The position numbers and the translations under genes are program-made. The notes beneath the pieces are model-generated. The model did not search any database. It was not told where the DNA came from and saw only the letters and a list, made by a program, of their open reading frames with translations. Positions 20,173 through 28,538 of a stretch of 54,115 nucleotides of DNA are shown one piece after another; positions within the stretch are counted from its first letter, which is position 1, and the number at the start of each line of letters is the position of its first letter. The stretch comes from Candidatus Zixiibacteriota bacterium (GTDB lineage Bacteria; Zixibacteria; MSB-5A5; GN15; FEB-12), in contig CP070824.1 in NCBI GenBank assembly GCA_020344395.1, positions 1,836,072-1,890,186 on the forward strand, given 5' to 3'.

Positions 20173-20200
20173 TTATCGTGCTGTAACTTTCGTGTCCGGA

Positions 20201-22942
20201 TCAGGGACAGTAATCCAGTTCCTCGAAGCTGATGAACAGGTAGTCGATCAGCTCGGTGAGGTCGCCGATGTCAGTTTGCGTGTCCGAGTTCACATCAGCT
20301 TCCGCCTCACAGCATAGTTCTTCGAACGAGATAAACAGGTAGTCGATCAGCCGTGTCAGGTCGCCCATGTCGGTCACGTCATCTATGTCACAATTAATAT
20401 TGCCCGTCCTGCCCACGCAACAGCCGGCATAGTTGATACTGAAGAGCACCGCGCTTAAATCAGTTGGATTGTTCTCTGCGGGTCCGTCGGTGTTGGAGTA
20501 TTCCAGCGCCTGGCAGCCGGTGGCCTGGATCCCAACCAAGGCGCGTCCGGCAAGGCCGGAGTTTTCGACGTCCAGGTATTGAAACAGCAGATTGCCATCG
20601 GACGACAAAACAACCTCAAAATCGGTCGTGGTACCCTGGCTATTGAAGTTGGCTACATCATGCCATTGAATGACCAGGGTATCGTTGCCGGGGCTCCTAT
20701 AGAGGTAGATCCCCGAGTTGGGGTAAGTGAAGTTGTCAATGATCAGATCAGCGTAGAACGGCGCTACGAATGTACTGAACGGGGCACCCGGAATGGACAG
20801 ACCGCTGTAGTAACCATTCACATTTATTTCTGACTCGGTGAACGAAAGAGCGCCATTCACAGCGATCCAGACTTGAGAGTAGTCACTTCCGTAGAAGCGA
20901 AAATCAAAGCCAATAGCCTGTGGACCGGTGGTGCCGTCATCCAGCGGATCGCCGCCGTGCGAATTGTAAAAGGTTATGGCCGGAATGCGGCTGCCCAGAT
21001 CGACCACGGATATCCAGCTGTAGGTCGGCCCGCCGGTGTCATCTGAGGACGCAGCAAGGTAAGAATCATCCGCGCATGCAACCTGGAGAAAGACCGGCAT
21101 GAGTGCTAATGAGTCGAGCGGCTGTCCTGCCGCGCTCCAGTGAATGTCCAGAGAGCCCTTGTACAGTTCAGGCCCTGCTTCGAGAACAGTGGCATCAAGG
21201 GTCACTGCTATATGAAACGAATCTGATGGGCTTATGCTCCCCGTCGTCGGCGAGGCATAAAGCCAGTCTGCAATTATGCTCCGTGGCAGTGAATCGTTAC
21301 CTTCAATAGAGAAATCAAGCGTAGAGCTTCCCGATCTGTTATGAAGCCAGAGATCCACGACGGCTGAATCGTTCTCGCCCAGGACAGTATCCACGAGCAG
21401 CGGCTCAAGGTACAGCGAGGCCGGTCCCGAGAGTCCTGCGATAGCGGCCAGCAGGTCAGGACGAGGGCCGATGTGCAGTGATGTATCCCCCAACTGCGGA
21501 GAGCCGGTACTGACGAGTTCAGTCCGGATCATGTCGGCGGTCATGTACGTCCCATAGGTGGCTTTGTAGTATCCCTGCAGGCAGGCCGCGGCACCGGTGA
21601 CAATTGGTGAGGCCGACGAAGTACCTGAAAAGGTCGCCGTGTAGAACTGGTTCTCGTCGCCGTTGGGAGCAAACAGCCCGCCGTAGCCGGTAGTGTAGAC
21701 GCCGGAGCCGTATCCCTGCAGATTGACCCTCTCGCCATAATTGGAGAAGCCGTGTTTTATACGATCGTACGCCGACGCAGCCGGCCAGCCAGCCCCGGCG
21801 AGAATGGCATGCGAGTTACGATAGGTTGTATCAAACAGTTGACCATATATCAGTTCGTCGTCAAAGTCCTCAGCTCCGTTGCCGGCCGCCTCGACGACCG
21901 TGATCCCGCTGGCCCAGGCATATTGCATGGCGTCAAAATTGGCCTGCCAGTATTCCATGCAGACATAGCCCAACTGGTCATCCCGACTCTCGAAATCGTA
22001 GTGCGGGCCGGGAGCATGCAGTTCAATCAGAATCAGGTCACCCGGCTGAAGGTCCTCCACGGCCATGTAGATTGCTTCGGCCGTCGACAGCGATGCGATC
22101 GAGACCATCCCGATATCCGCACCCGGGCATATGCCGGTGACACCGTAGCCGTTATCTCCGGCGATCATTTCACCGATTACCGCCGTGCCGTGATTCCGCC
22201 AGCTCAGATCATCAACCATCGCGCCGCTCAGCTCACCGCCTACCGATTTATCAAGGTCCTCATGAGTGGTTTGCCAGGCACCTTCAATGTCGATAATCTT
22301 GACGCCGGCGCCGTCGCCGCCAGTCAGGGTGTTGGCGTAGTCGGCATCAACGCCGTCCGGGGCAGCTTCGCGATAATCCTGAAAAGGACTGAAGTCATCC
22401 GTCGGCGGGTCGATGTCGCCGGCCGGCTCAGGCTTTGGCTCGAAGTAGGCAATCTCGACGTAGTCAAGGGCGTTGAGGTTATTGATAATTCTCTCCGCTT
22501 CGTCCGGATCCTGTACGTCGAGGGCAAAATAGCTTGCCAAATCGGCAAGTTCGCAAGCGGCTTCGTCCTGGAGGCGGGATCTCTGACGTGCGAATTCCGT
22601 TTCCGTAATCTGGGGAATCAGGGGCCTGATGTGGCTCGGAACATACGGTGCCAGAATGGTTTCAGCTTCGTCAGTCCGGAGACCTTTCAGCGAGACCAGG
22701 CGTCCGGCTTGAATCCGCACTCCATAGTCGTCGATGAACTTGACGACCACCCGGTCAATATTGACAAGCTTGGAAACACTGATTTGCTGGGGTTTAACAG
22801 CCAGCTGCCTCGGAGTCAGGGATGGAGATTCTTCGTCAGGTTGAACGGCGGTTGCAGACAGGATGGGGGCTGCACCAGCCCACAGGGCCAGACACACCAG
22901 CACCATGGCAATTGGGATTAGCGTTCGTTTATTAGAAGTCAT
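20201..22942 (-). CDS. Secreted subtilisin-family (S8) serine protease with C-terminal tandem dockerin-like repeats
   Basis: 913 aa. Signal peptide MTSNKRTLIPIAMVLVCLALWAGAAP. Catalytic triad contexts VKIIDIEGAW (Asp), HGTAVIGEM (His) and SGTSSASPIVTGAAA (Ser). A mid-region FRFYGSDYSQVWIAVNGALSF ... VAPFYADL resembles NIDO-like domains. GGAGGA sits upstream of the ATG. Confidence 0.85.
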   Translation of the reverse strand: MTSNKRTLIPIAMVLVCLALWAGAAPILSATAVQPDEESPSLTPRQLAVKPQQISVSKLVNIDRVVVKFIDDYGVRIQAGRLVSLKGLRTDEAETILAPYVPSHIRPLIPQITETEFARQRSRLQDEAACELADLASYFALDVQDPDEAERIINNLNALDYVEIAYFEPKPEPAGDIDPPTDDFSPFQDYREAAPDGVDADYANTLTGGDGAGVKIIDIEGAWQTTHEDLDKSVGGELSGAMVDDLSWRNHGTAVIGEMIAGDNGYGVTGICPGADIGMVSIASLSTAEAIYMAVEDLQPGDLILIELHAPGPHYDFESRDDQLGYVCMEYWQANFDAMQYAWASGITVVEAAGNGAEDFDDELIYGQLFDTTYRNSHAILAGAGWPAASAYDRIKHGFSNYGERVNLQGYGSGVYTTGYGGLFAPNGDENQFYTATFSGTSSASPIVTGAAACLQGYYKATYGTYMTADMIRTELVSTGSPQLGDTSLHIGPRPDLLAAIAGLSGPASLYLEPLLVDTVLGENDSAVVDLWLHNRSGSSTLDFSIEGNDSLPRSIIADWLYASPTTGSISPSDSFHIAVTLDATVLEAGPELYKGSLDIHWSAAGQPLDSLALMPVFLQVACADDSYLAASSDDTGGPTYSWISVVDLGSRIPAITFYNSHGGDPLDDGTTGPQAIGFDFRFYGSDYSQVWIAVNGALSFTESEINVNGYYSGLSIPGAPFSTFVAPFYADLIIDNFTYPNSGIYLYRSPGNDTLVIQWHDVANFNSQGTTTDFEVVLSSDGNLLFQYLDVENSGLAGRALVGIQATGCQALEYSNTDGPAENNPTDLSAVLFSINYAGCCVGRTGNINCDIDDVTDMGDLTRLIDYLFISFEELCCEAEADVNSDTQTDIGDLTELIDYLFISFEELDYCP
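20204..20401 (-). repeat. Coding tandem duplication (2 units) specifying a dockerin/EF-hand-like motif
   Basis: Unit 1 is NINCDIDDVTDMGDLTRLIDYLFISFEELCCEAEA and unit 2 is DVNSDTQTDIGDLTELIDYLFISFEELDYCP. The DNA units are also near-identical (…AACAGGTAGTCGATCAGC…GTCGCC.ATGTC). Confidence 0.8.
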
Positions 22943-23027
22943 CGTTCCTCCGTCAGGACGGCGCCGTAAGGCGATTTATCGGCCGTAGTTGAACATGTCT
23001 TAAGTTTGTGCCTGCAGGTACAATTTC

Positions 23028-23055
23028 AATATAAGACAGCGCCACACAAAGTCAA
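23028..23055 (-). promoter_or_regulatory. Sigma-70-like promoter candidate for the protease gene
   Basis: Minus-strand TTGACT (23055-23050), 16-nt spacer, TATATT (23033-23028). About 85 nt upstream of the ATG. Confidence 0.35.
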
Positions 23056-23085
23056 CATCATTGGACGACGCGGGCGTATTGATGC

Positions 23086-24480
23086 TCAGCCGAGTCTCAT
23101 CTTGCCATTGATGTCGGGAACTTTGATCGGGTACTTTCCCGAGAAACAGCCGTGACAGAAGGTCGTATCCGGCAGAGACGGCATGGCCAGCATGCCGTCA
23201 AGTGAGAGATACCTCAGGGAATCAACCTGGAGATACTCCTCAATCCTCTCCACGGACCAGTTGGAGGCGATGAGCTCCTTTCTGGTAGGCATGTCTATAC
23301 CAAAGAAGCAGGGTGAGATTATCGGCGGCGACGAGATTCTGAAATGGATTTCCTTGGCGCCGGCTTCCCTGATGATCTGAACCAGTTTCTTGGAGGTGGT
23401 GCCGCGCACGATTGAATCATCGACCACGACAACCCTCTTGCCGTTAAGCACTCCCTTGACCGGATTGAATTTCAGTTTTACATCTAGGTCCCTGATCTTC
23501 TGGTGTGGATCGATGAAAGTGCGACCTACGTAATGGTTGCGGATAAGGCCGATCTCGAAACGAATCCCTGATTGCTCGGCAAAGCCGAGAGTGGCAGTGT
23601 TGGCCGAGTCCGGGATGCCTATGACGATATCTGCCTCCACGGGGTGTTCGCGGGCCAGGAGGCGACCCAGTCGCCGCCTGACTTTGTCGACGTTCTCACC
23701 GAAAACCTTGGAGTCCGGTCGCGAGAAATAGATGTATTCAAAGATGCAAAATGCCTGTCTTGACGTACTGTTCAACTTCGTACATTTGAGACCCTTCCTG
23801 CTGATCTCGACCACTTCGCCGGGCTCGACGTCGCGGATGTACCTGGCTCCGATGATGTCGAAGGCGCAGGTCTCAGATGCTATGATGTACGATCGGCCGA
23901 GCTTGCCGATAGCCAGGGGACGAAAACCTTTGGGATCCCTGGCGGCAATAATGGAGTCGTCGGTTAGAAACAGCAGCGAATAGGCGCCGCGGATCCGGGT
24001 CAGCGCATCGCAAACACGGGCAAACCGAGTACGTTTTTTTGATACGGCGGCCAGGTGCAGAATGATCTCTGTGTCCGACGTTGTCTGAAAGATCGAACCC
24101 CGGCTGTCCAGCCTGGTCTTCAGGTCAAGCGAATTGGTCAGGTTGCCGTTATGGCAGATGGCCAGATTTCGGCGACGGTTGGTTATCATGAAGGGCTGGA
24201 TATTCAACAGCGACGAGGCACCGGTGGTACTGTACCTGGTGTGTCCGATGGCCACATTGCCAGTCAGTTGGTCGATGTGTTGTTGGTTTCCGAAGACCTC
24301 CGATACCTGCCCCATGGCCTTGTGCAGCAGGAACTTCCCCCTGTCTGAGGTTATGATGCCGGCCGATTCCTGTCCCCGATGTTGAAGTGCGTACAGGCCG
24401 AGGTAGGCTAACTCGGCGGCACGGCTGTGCCCGAAGATGCCAAAGACACCACAGTTGTCGTGTACCATTTCGTCCAGCAT
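23086..24480 (-). CDS. purF: Amidophosphoribosyltransferase, [4Fe-4S]/propeptide type
   Basis: MLDEMVHDN-CGVFGIFGH is the Ntn-nucleophile Cys preceded by a short propeptide, as in B. subtilis PurF. PRPP loop VVVVDDSIVRGTT. Cluster Cys contexts (FCIFEY, SPCFFGID, CHGCFSGKYP). The ORF-track start at 24726 adds 82 non-homologous residues. Confidence 0.9.
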   Translation of the reverse strand: MLDEMVHDNCGVFGIFGHSRAAELAYLGLYALQHRGQESAGIITSDRGKFLLHKAMGQVSEVFGNQQHIDQLTGNVAIGHTRYSTTGASSLLNIQPFMITNRRRNLAICHNGNLTNSLDLKTRLDSRGSIFQTTSDTEIILHLAAVSKKRTRFARVCDALTRIRGAYSLLFLTDDSIIAARDPKGFRPLAIGKLGRSYIIASETCAFDIIGARYIRDVEPGEVVEISRKGLKCTKLNSTSRQAFCIFEYIYFSRPDSKVFGENVDKVRRRLGRLLAREHPVEADIVIGIPDSANTATLGFAEQSGIRFEIGLIRNHYVGRTFIDPHQKIRDLDVKLKFNPVKGVLNGKRVVVVDDSIVRGTTSKKLVQIIREAGAKEIHFRISSPPIISPCFFGIDMPTRKELIASNWSVERIEEYLQVDSLRYLSLDGMLAMPSLPDTTFCHGCFSGKYPIKVPDINGKMRLG

Positions 24481-24765
24481 ACGTCTTAACACCTTACGGG
24501 GTCGGTAGAAGGCGCGTAAGTTACTGCAGGCCCCTGACCAAGTCAACTCATTTCGCCGTTCATAACGGCCCTGAGGTATGAACAGTCTTGCAACCGACAG
24601 GCGCTCAGTCGGGGGCTGTTCAAGGGTTGCACAGTGGAATTGCCTGGATAAGTCGGTGCCAGTGCAGTATCTTAGGGGGTCATCCGTAATTACTTCCGGT
24701 CCGCCGGATTTTCCCTCGAGATGCACCAGGTTTGCTCAAGAACCGGTTGACGGCGGAACTGCGCA

Positions 24766-25548
24766 ATGAATAACGAACGAGTCGACAGGTACGAGATACT
24801 CAGACGCCTGGCTATAGCCGGCGCCCATGAAGACGAGTTGACTCCGACCGTGGAGATGGCTATTCGACAGGCCAGCGACCTGGTGGGGCTGGGCGCGGCT
24901 GCCATGTATCTCTGGGATGACGATCTGAACAGCACGATGGCCGTCAGTTACGCCGAATCTGACGCTATGGGTAACACTTTAGCCTCGCTGGAAGAGGACC
25001 TCTTTCGGTCCCTGCGCGCGGAACGTCAGATGGTTTCCGCCTATATCTCATTCGCAGGTGAGAAGCCGATGCAATCGTTCACCCTGCCTCTTCAGCACGG
25101 CGAGAAAGTGTTTGGGGCGGTGATAGGTATTCAGGAGGGAGGAGGCCGACTGGTTTCGGAGGATGCTTTTCTGGAAGCGGTCTGTGCCGCCATCGCTCTT
25201 AATGTAGCCGCCGAAGGAATCGGGAAAGACACGGCCCTCAATGCTGACCTTATCGATAAGGAACGGCTGGGGGCAGTTATCCAGGCGGCCGTGACGGTGA
25301 ATCACGAAATCAACAATCCCCTCACTGCTATTCTCGGCAACGTTCAACTGCTGTTGATGAAGCGGAACGATCTCGACAAAGACCTGAGCGATAAGCTGAA
25401 GACGATTGAAGCTTCGGCCCTGAAGATCCGTGACGTAACTCAACGTCTTCTAAAAATCAAGTCGACGCGCTCGATCCCCTACACCGAAGGAACCACCATG
25501 CTCGATCTGTCAGGCGATGATAGTGAAGAGGGCCATGAAGGCGATTAG
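24766..25548 (+). CDS. GAF-like sensor domain fused to a HisKA (DHp) domain, no ATPase domain
   Basis: 260 aa. H-box VNHEINNPLTAILGNVQLLL at about residue 190, followed only by the second DHp helix and an acidic tail. No N/G1/F/G2 boxes. Confidence 0.6.
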   Translation: MNNERVDRYEILRRLAIAGAHEDELTPTVEMAIRQASDLVGLGAAAMYLWDDDLNSTMAVSYAESDAMGNTLASLEEDLFRSLRAERQMVSAYISFAGEKPMQSFTLPLQHGEKVFGAVIGIQEGGGRLVSEDAFLEAVCAAIALNVAAEGIGKDTALNADLIDKERLGAVIQAAVTVNHEINNPLTAILGNVQLLLMKRNDLDKDLSDKLKTIEASALKIRDVTQRLLKIKSTRSIPYTEGTTMLDLSGDDSEEGHEGD

Positions 25549-25586
25549 ACTTTATCTTCCCGGAGCTCCCCAACCTTCGTCCCCAC

Positions 25587-26375
25587 TTAATCCTTGAAAA
25601 GCCACTCGATCAGGTCAGCCATTGCCCGGGGCTGGCCGTCAATGAGATCCGTACCTCGCAGGCGTTCGCTATAGGTCATCAGCTCCAGGTTGTCACGGCC
25701 GTGTTCCTGAAACATCTCCGTACACTGCTGGAATCTTCGATGGTCACGTTTATCGATAATGATGAGCATCCGGCCATCGTAGCTATAGAGCGTCTCAGGA
25801 ATCTCCAGGCCAAAGTAATTTCTGGTGGGGGACAGCATGGCTACTCTGGCAGTCTGTTTCATGTGCCCGGTCATGAGCATGGCAGCCTGGGCGCCGATGG
25901 AAGCACCGACAAGGTAGATCCGCTCAGGGTCGATATTGTAGCTGGAGTCAGCAATAATGGTGTCTGTCATTTCGGCCAGCTCCGCGGGCACATCCATCCA
26001 GTGCGGCTTGCGCATATCTTCGGCAGCCAGCCAGGCCCGCCCGTAGCGAGTCGATTTGCCGTGTCCACGCATATCGAAGCTCAGGGTGTACGGCATGACA
26101 AGTGTTTGCGTGGTGTCAGATTCAACATGGTTCCTCATGGCCGTCAAAAACGGGCCGTACGATTCGTGGTCCTTTTCCCTCATGTGCAGTAGAACAACGA
26201 GCGGTGCCTGGCGGTGGCCGTCCGAGTGCGTGAGCCAGGCGTACAGTTGTGTGCCCTGGCTGGTTCGGTACACCTTCTCTTCAGCCTCTGCGAACGGATC
26301 TTCGGTCTCATTGGCCGAGAGGGACATGGTCAGCAGGGTGATGACAGCTATAGACAAGATCCTTTTCATATTCAC
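25587..26375 (-). CDS. Secreted alpha/beta-fold hydrolase
   Basis: 262 aa. Signal peptide MNMKRILSIAVITLLTMSLSA. Nucleophile elbow LVGASIGAQ (GxSxG), an HG oxyanion-type LLHM motif, and acid/His candidates near the C-terminus (IIDKRDHR). Confidence 0.65.
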   Translation of the reverse strand: MNMKRILSIAVITLLTMSLSANETEDPFAEAEEKVYRTSQGTQLYAWLTHSDGHRQAPLVVLLHMREKDHESYGPFLTAMRNHVESDTTQTLVMPYTLSFDMRGHGKSTRYGRAWLAAEDMRKPHWMDVPAELAEMTDTIIADSSYNIDPERIYLVGASIGAQAAMLMTGHMKQTARVAMLSPTRNYFGLEIPETLYSYDGRMLIIIDKRDHRRFQQCTEMFQEHGRDNLELMTYSERLRGTDLIDGQPRAMADLIEWLFKD

Positions 26376-26482
26376 TCCTAAGCACAGTCGCCGGAAGTCC
26401 CGACGACAGGATCAGCGGGGAAGCAAGCGCGCGGCCCGACCGCTGACGAATTATTATACATCACAATCAGGAAAGACGTTTT

Positions 26483-27205
26483 CTAGAGATACGTTTCGAT
26501 GATAGACTGAAGCTTGTTCTTAACATCCACGGCGACAGCCTTGTACTCACCCATGTTGTCTTCAGCACAGAACTCTTCGAGTCGCCCCACCAGAGTCTTG
26601 ATCTGCTCAAGTTCCTTCAAGAGTCCCTTCTTGCGGTCACCCACTCTTTTGGGAATGGACTCCTCCGTAAGGGCGGAAGCTTTGAACACAAGGGTCTCGG
26701 TGGAGCCCTTGATTCCGTCGGAGTTTTCGGCCGGAATATGTCGGTCCACGATGATTTTTACCGTGACCATCAGTCCCTGGATTTCCGGGTAGTCTATCGG
26801 GATCAACTGAGCGGCGGCTGACTCAAAGGCCTCATGTAATTCGGGGAGAATCGAATACACTTTCTCCTGGTTCTTTTCCGAAACAGCCTCCGAATACTGC
26901 TTCACATAATCGGCCAGCAAGGCTCGGGATGTTTTGAAGGATTCCAGCCGGACAGCGTTTGTAATGGCGGGCTTGAGTTCGATTATTGTGCCCACCTGCG
27001 CTGCAAACTTGGGCGCTGCAGCATACATCGCCTCGAAGTCCTTTTCCGGCCAGGCTTTGTGCCAGACAGGAGCAATCAGCTCATGAAATTCATGAAACGC
27101 CGAAAAACCGGCCCTGGCAGCTACTGCCGCCGGGCATTCTTCCTCACCTGCGAATGACGTTGCGATGAGCAGCAGGATCATTGCAGTTAGTACACTCAGG
27201 CGCAT
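26483..27205 (-). CDS. Hypothetical secreted, predominantly helical protein
   Basis: 240 aa. Signal peptide MRLSVLTAMILLLIATSFAG. No CxxCH or other cofactor motif seen. Confidence 0.5.
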   Translation of the reverse strand: MRLSVLTAMILLLIATSFAGEEECPAAVAARAGFSAFHEFHELIAPVWHKAWPEKDFEAMYAAAPKFAAQVGTIIELKPAITNAVRLESFKTSRALLADYVKQYSEAVSEKNQEKVYSILPELHEAFESAAAQLIPIDYPEIQGLMVTVKIIVDRHIPAENSDGIKGSTETLVFKASALTEESIPKRVGDRKKGLLKELEQIKTLVGRLEEFCAEDNMGEYKAVAVDVKNKLQSIIETYL

Positions 27206-27231
27206 TTGTTATCCCCTTGTCCTTACAGGTC

Positions 27232-28380
27232 CTATATTACGTTCGTTTCTTCCACGATGGTGCCGGCGGCAAAGCGCTGGGGGCTGAATGATTCGACGTC
27301 AACCGAGGGTTTCTTACCAGCCAGGATCTCCGATGTTATGAGTCCTGCGGCCGGGGCATGCATCAGGCCATGGCCTGAATACCCGGTATTGTGAAACATC
27401 CCGTCGACTTCGCCGGCCCAGCCTATTATGGCTCGGTGGTCGGGGGTCGTTTCATAGAGGCCAGCCCACTGGTTGGCCACCTCGGCCGTTTCCAGTTGGG
27501 GCAGGCGGTCGAGAGCCAGTTCAAGAATGGAATCGGTGTAGTCCGGATCGATAGAGATATCGAAGGATGCCTTGACTGACTTGTCTGACCATCCCAGAAG
27601 CAGTCCTTTGGACTCCGGGTGGCAGTAGAACCCGGTCCTGACATCGACCACCATCGGCAAGTCAGGTGTAACGCTATCCAGCTCACCGGTAGTGACGCAT
27701 TGTCTTCGGTACGGTTTGATACTTACGTCAGCACCGGCCATTCTGGCGATCTTACCGGAGTAGGCACCGGCACAATTAATAACCAGCGGTGTGGAGATCT
27801 CTCCGTTCGCAGTGCGGACCCCGGAGATTCTGCCGCTGGTCACTCCTATATCCAGAACCTCTGATTCCAGCCTGAATTCGGCCCCGTATCGGCGGGCCGC
27901 CTGCTCATACCCGGTAACGAACTCATGTGGGTCTATCAGGCCATCATCGGGGCAGAAAGTAGCCATCTTGATATCATCAATCCTGACGTGAGGAGCGCGG
28001 CGTGCTATTTCGTCCGGCTTCAGCAAGTGAACGTCCAGCCCCAGTGATTTCTGGAGCTTATAACTATCCTGAAATACTCGGATGTCTTTATCGTCGGACA
28101 GGAGAAAGAGATAGCCGACCTGATCGAAGGCGGCATCAGCGCCGGTGTCTTCCTTGAACCGACAGAGCAGCCTTTTGGACAGCATCGACATTTCAATATT
28201 CGCTTTGTTGTGGAACTGGGCTCGTACGCCGCCGGCCGCCTTTGCTGTGGAGCCGGCTCCGAGAAACTTCTCTTTTTCCACCAGCACCACACTGCCCATG
28301 CGCTCGCGGGCAAGGTAGAAAGCCACGGCCGTCCCAACGATTCCTCCACCAATGATGACTATGTCGGCCTTCGCCTGCAT
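27232..28380 (-). CDS. FAD-dependent oxidoreductase, DAO family (sarcosine oxidase beta / D-amino-acid dehydrogenase-like)
   Basis: Rossmann dinucleotide motif ADIVIIGGGIVGTAVAFYLA directly after ATG 28380. The ORF-track start at 28449 adds 23 unlikely residues. C-terminal TGYSGHGLMHAPAAG is typical of DAO enzymes. Confidence 0.8.
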   Translation of the reverse strand: MQAKADIVIIGGGIVGTAVAFYLARERMGSVVLVEKEKFLGAGSTAKAAGGVRAQFHNKANIEMSMLSKRLLCRFKEDTGADAAFDQVGYLFLLSDDKDIRVFQDSYKLQKSLGLDVHLLKPDEIARRAPHVRIDDIKMATFCPDDGLIDPHEFVTGYEQAARRYGAEFRLESEVLDIGVTSGRISGVRTANGEISTPLVINCAGAYSGKIARMAGADVSIKPYRRQCVTTGELDSVTPDLPMVVDVRTGFYCHPESKGLLLGWSDKSVKASFDISIDPDYTDSILELALDRLPQLETAEVANQWAGLYETTPDHRAIIGWAGEVDGMFHNTGYSGHGLMHAPAAGLITSEILAGKKPSVDVESFSPQRFAAGTIVEETNVI

Positions 28381-28538
28381 ATATTCCTCGCAGCAGATGT
28401 ACGACGTGAACTTTTTCACATAAGTTATGAAAACCAGCCTGCAAGTCAAGCGGATAGACCTGCCTTAGGGTAATCATCAGACTCAGATGGGTGCGAATTT
28501 GCTTGTCGCCGGGGTTTTATCGTATAGATTCAAGACCG

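Noticed and set aside
21752-22921. 389-aa plus-strand ORF antisense to the S8 protease gene
   Set aside because: It lies entirely inside the protease gene on the opposite strand. The protease frame carries the full Asp/His/Ser triad, a signal peptide and an RBS. The antisense product is Arg/Gly/Val-rich with no recognisable domain.
24481-24726. 82-aa N-terminal extension of purF
   Set aside because: PurF enzymes begin with the Cys nucleophile or a short propeptide before it. The extension has no homology-like features.
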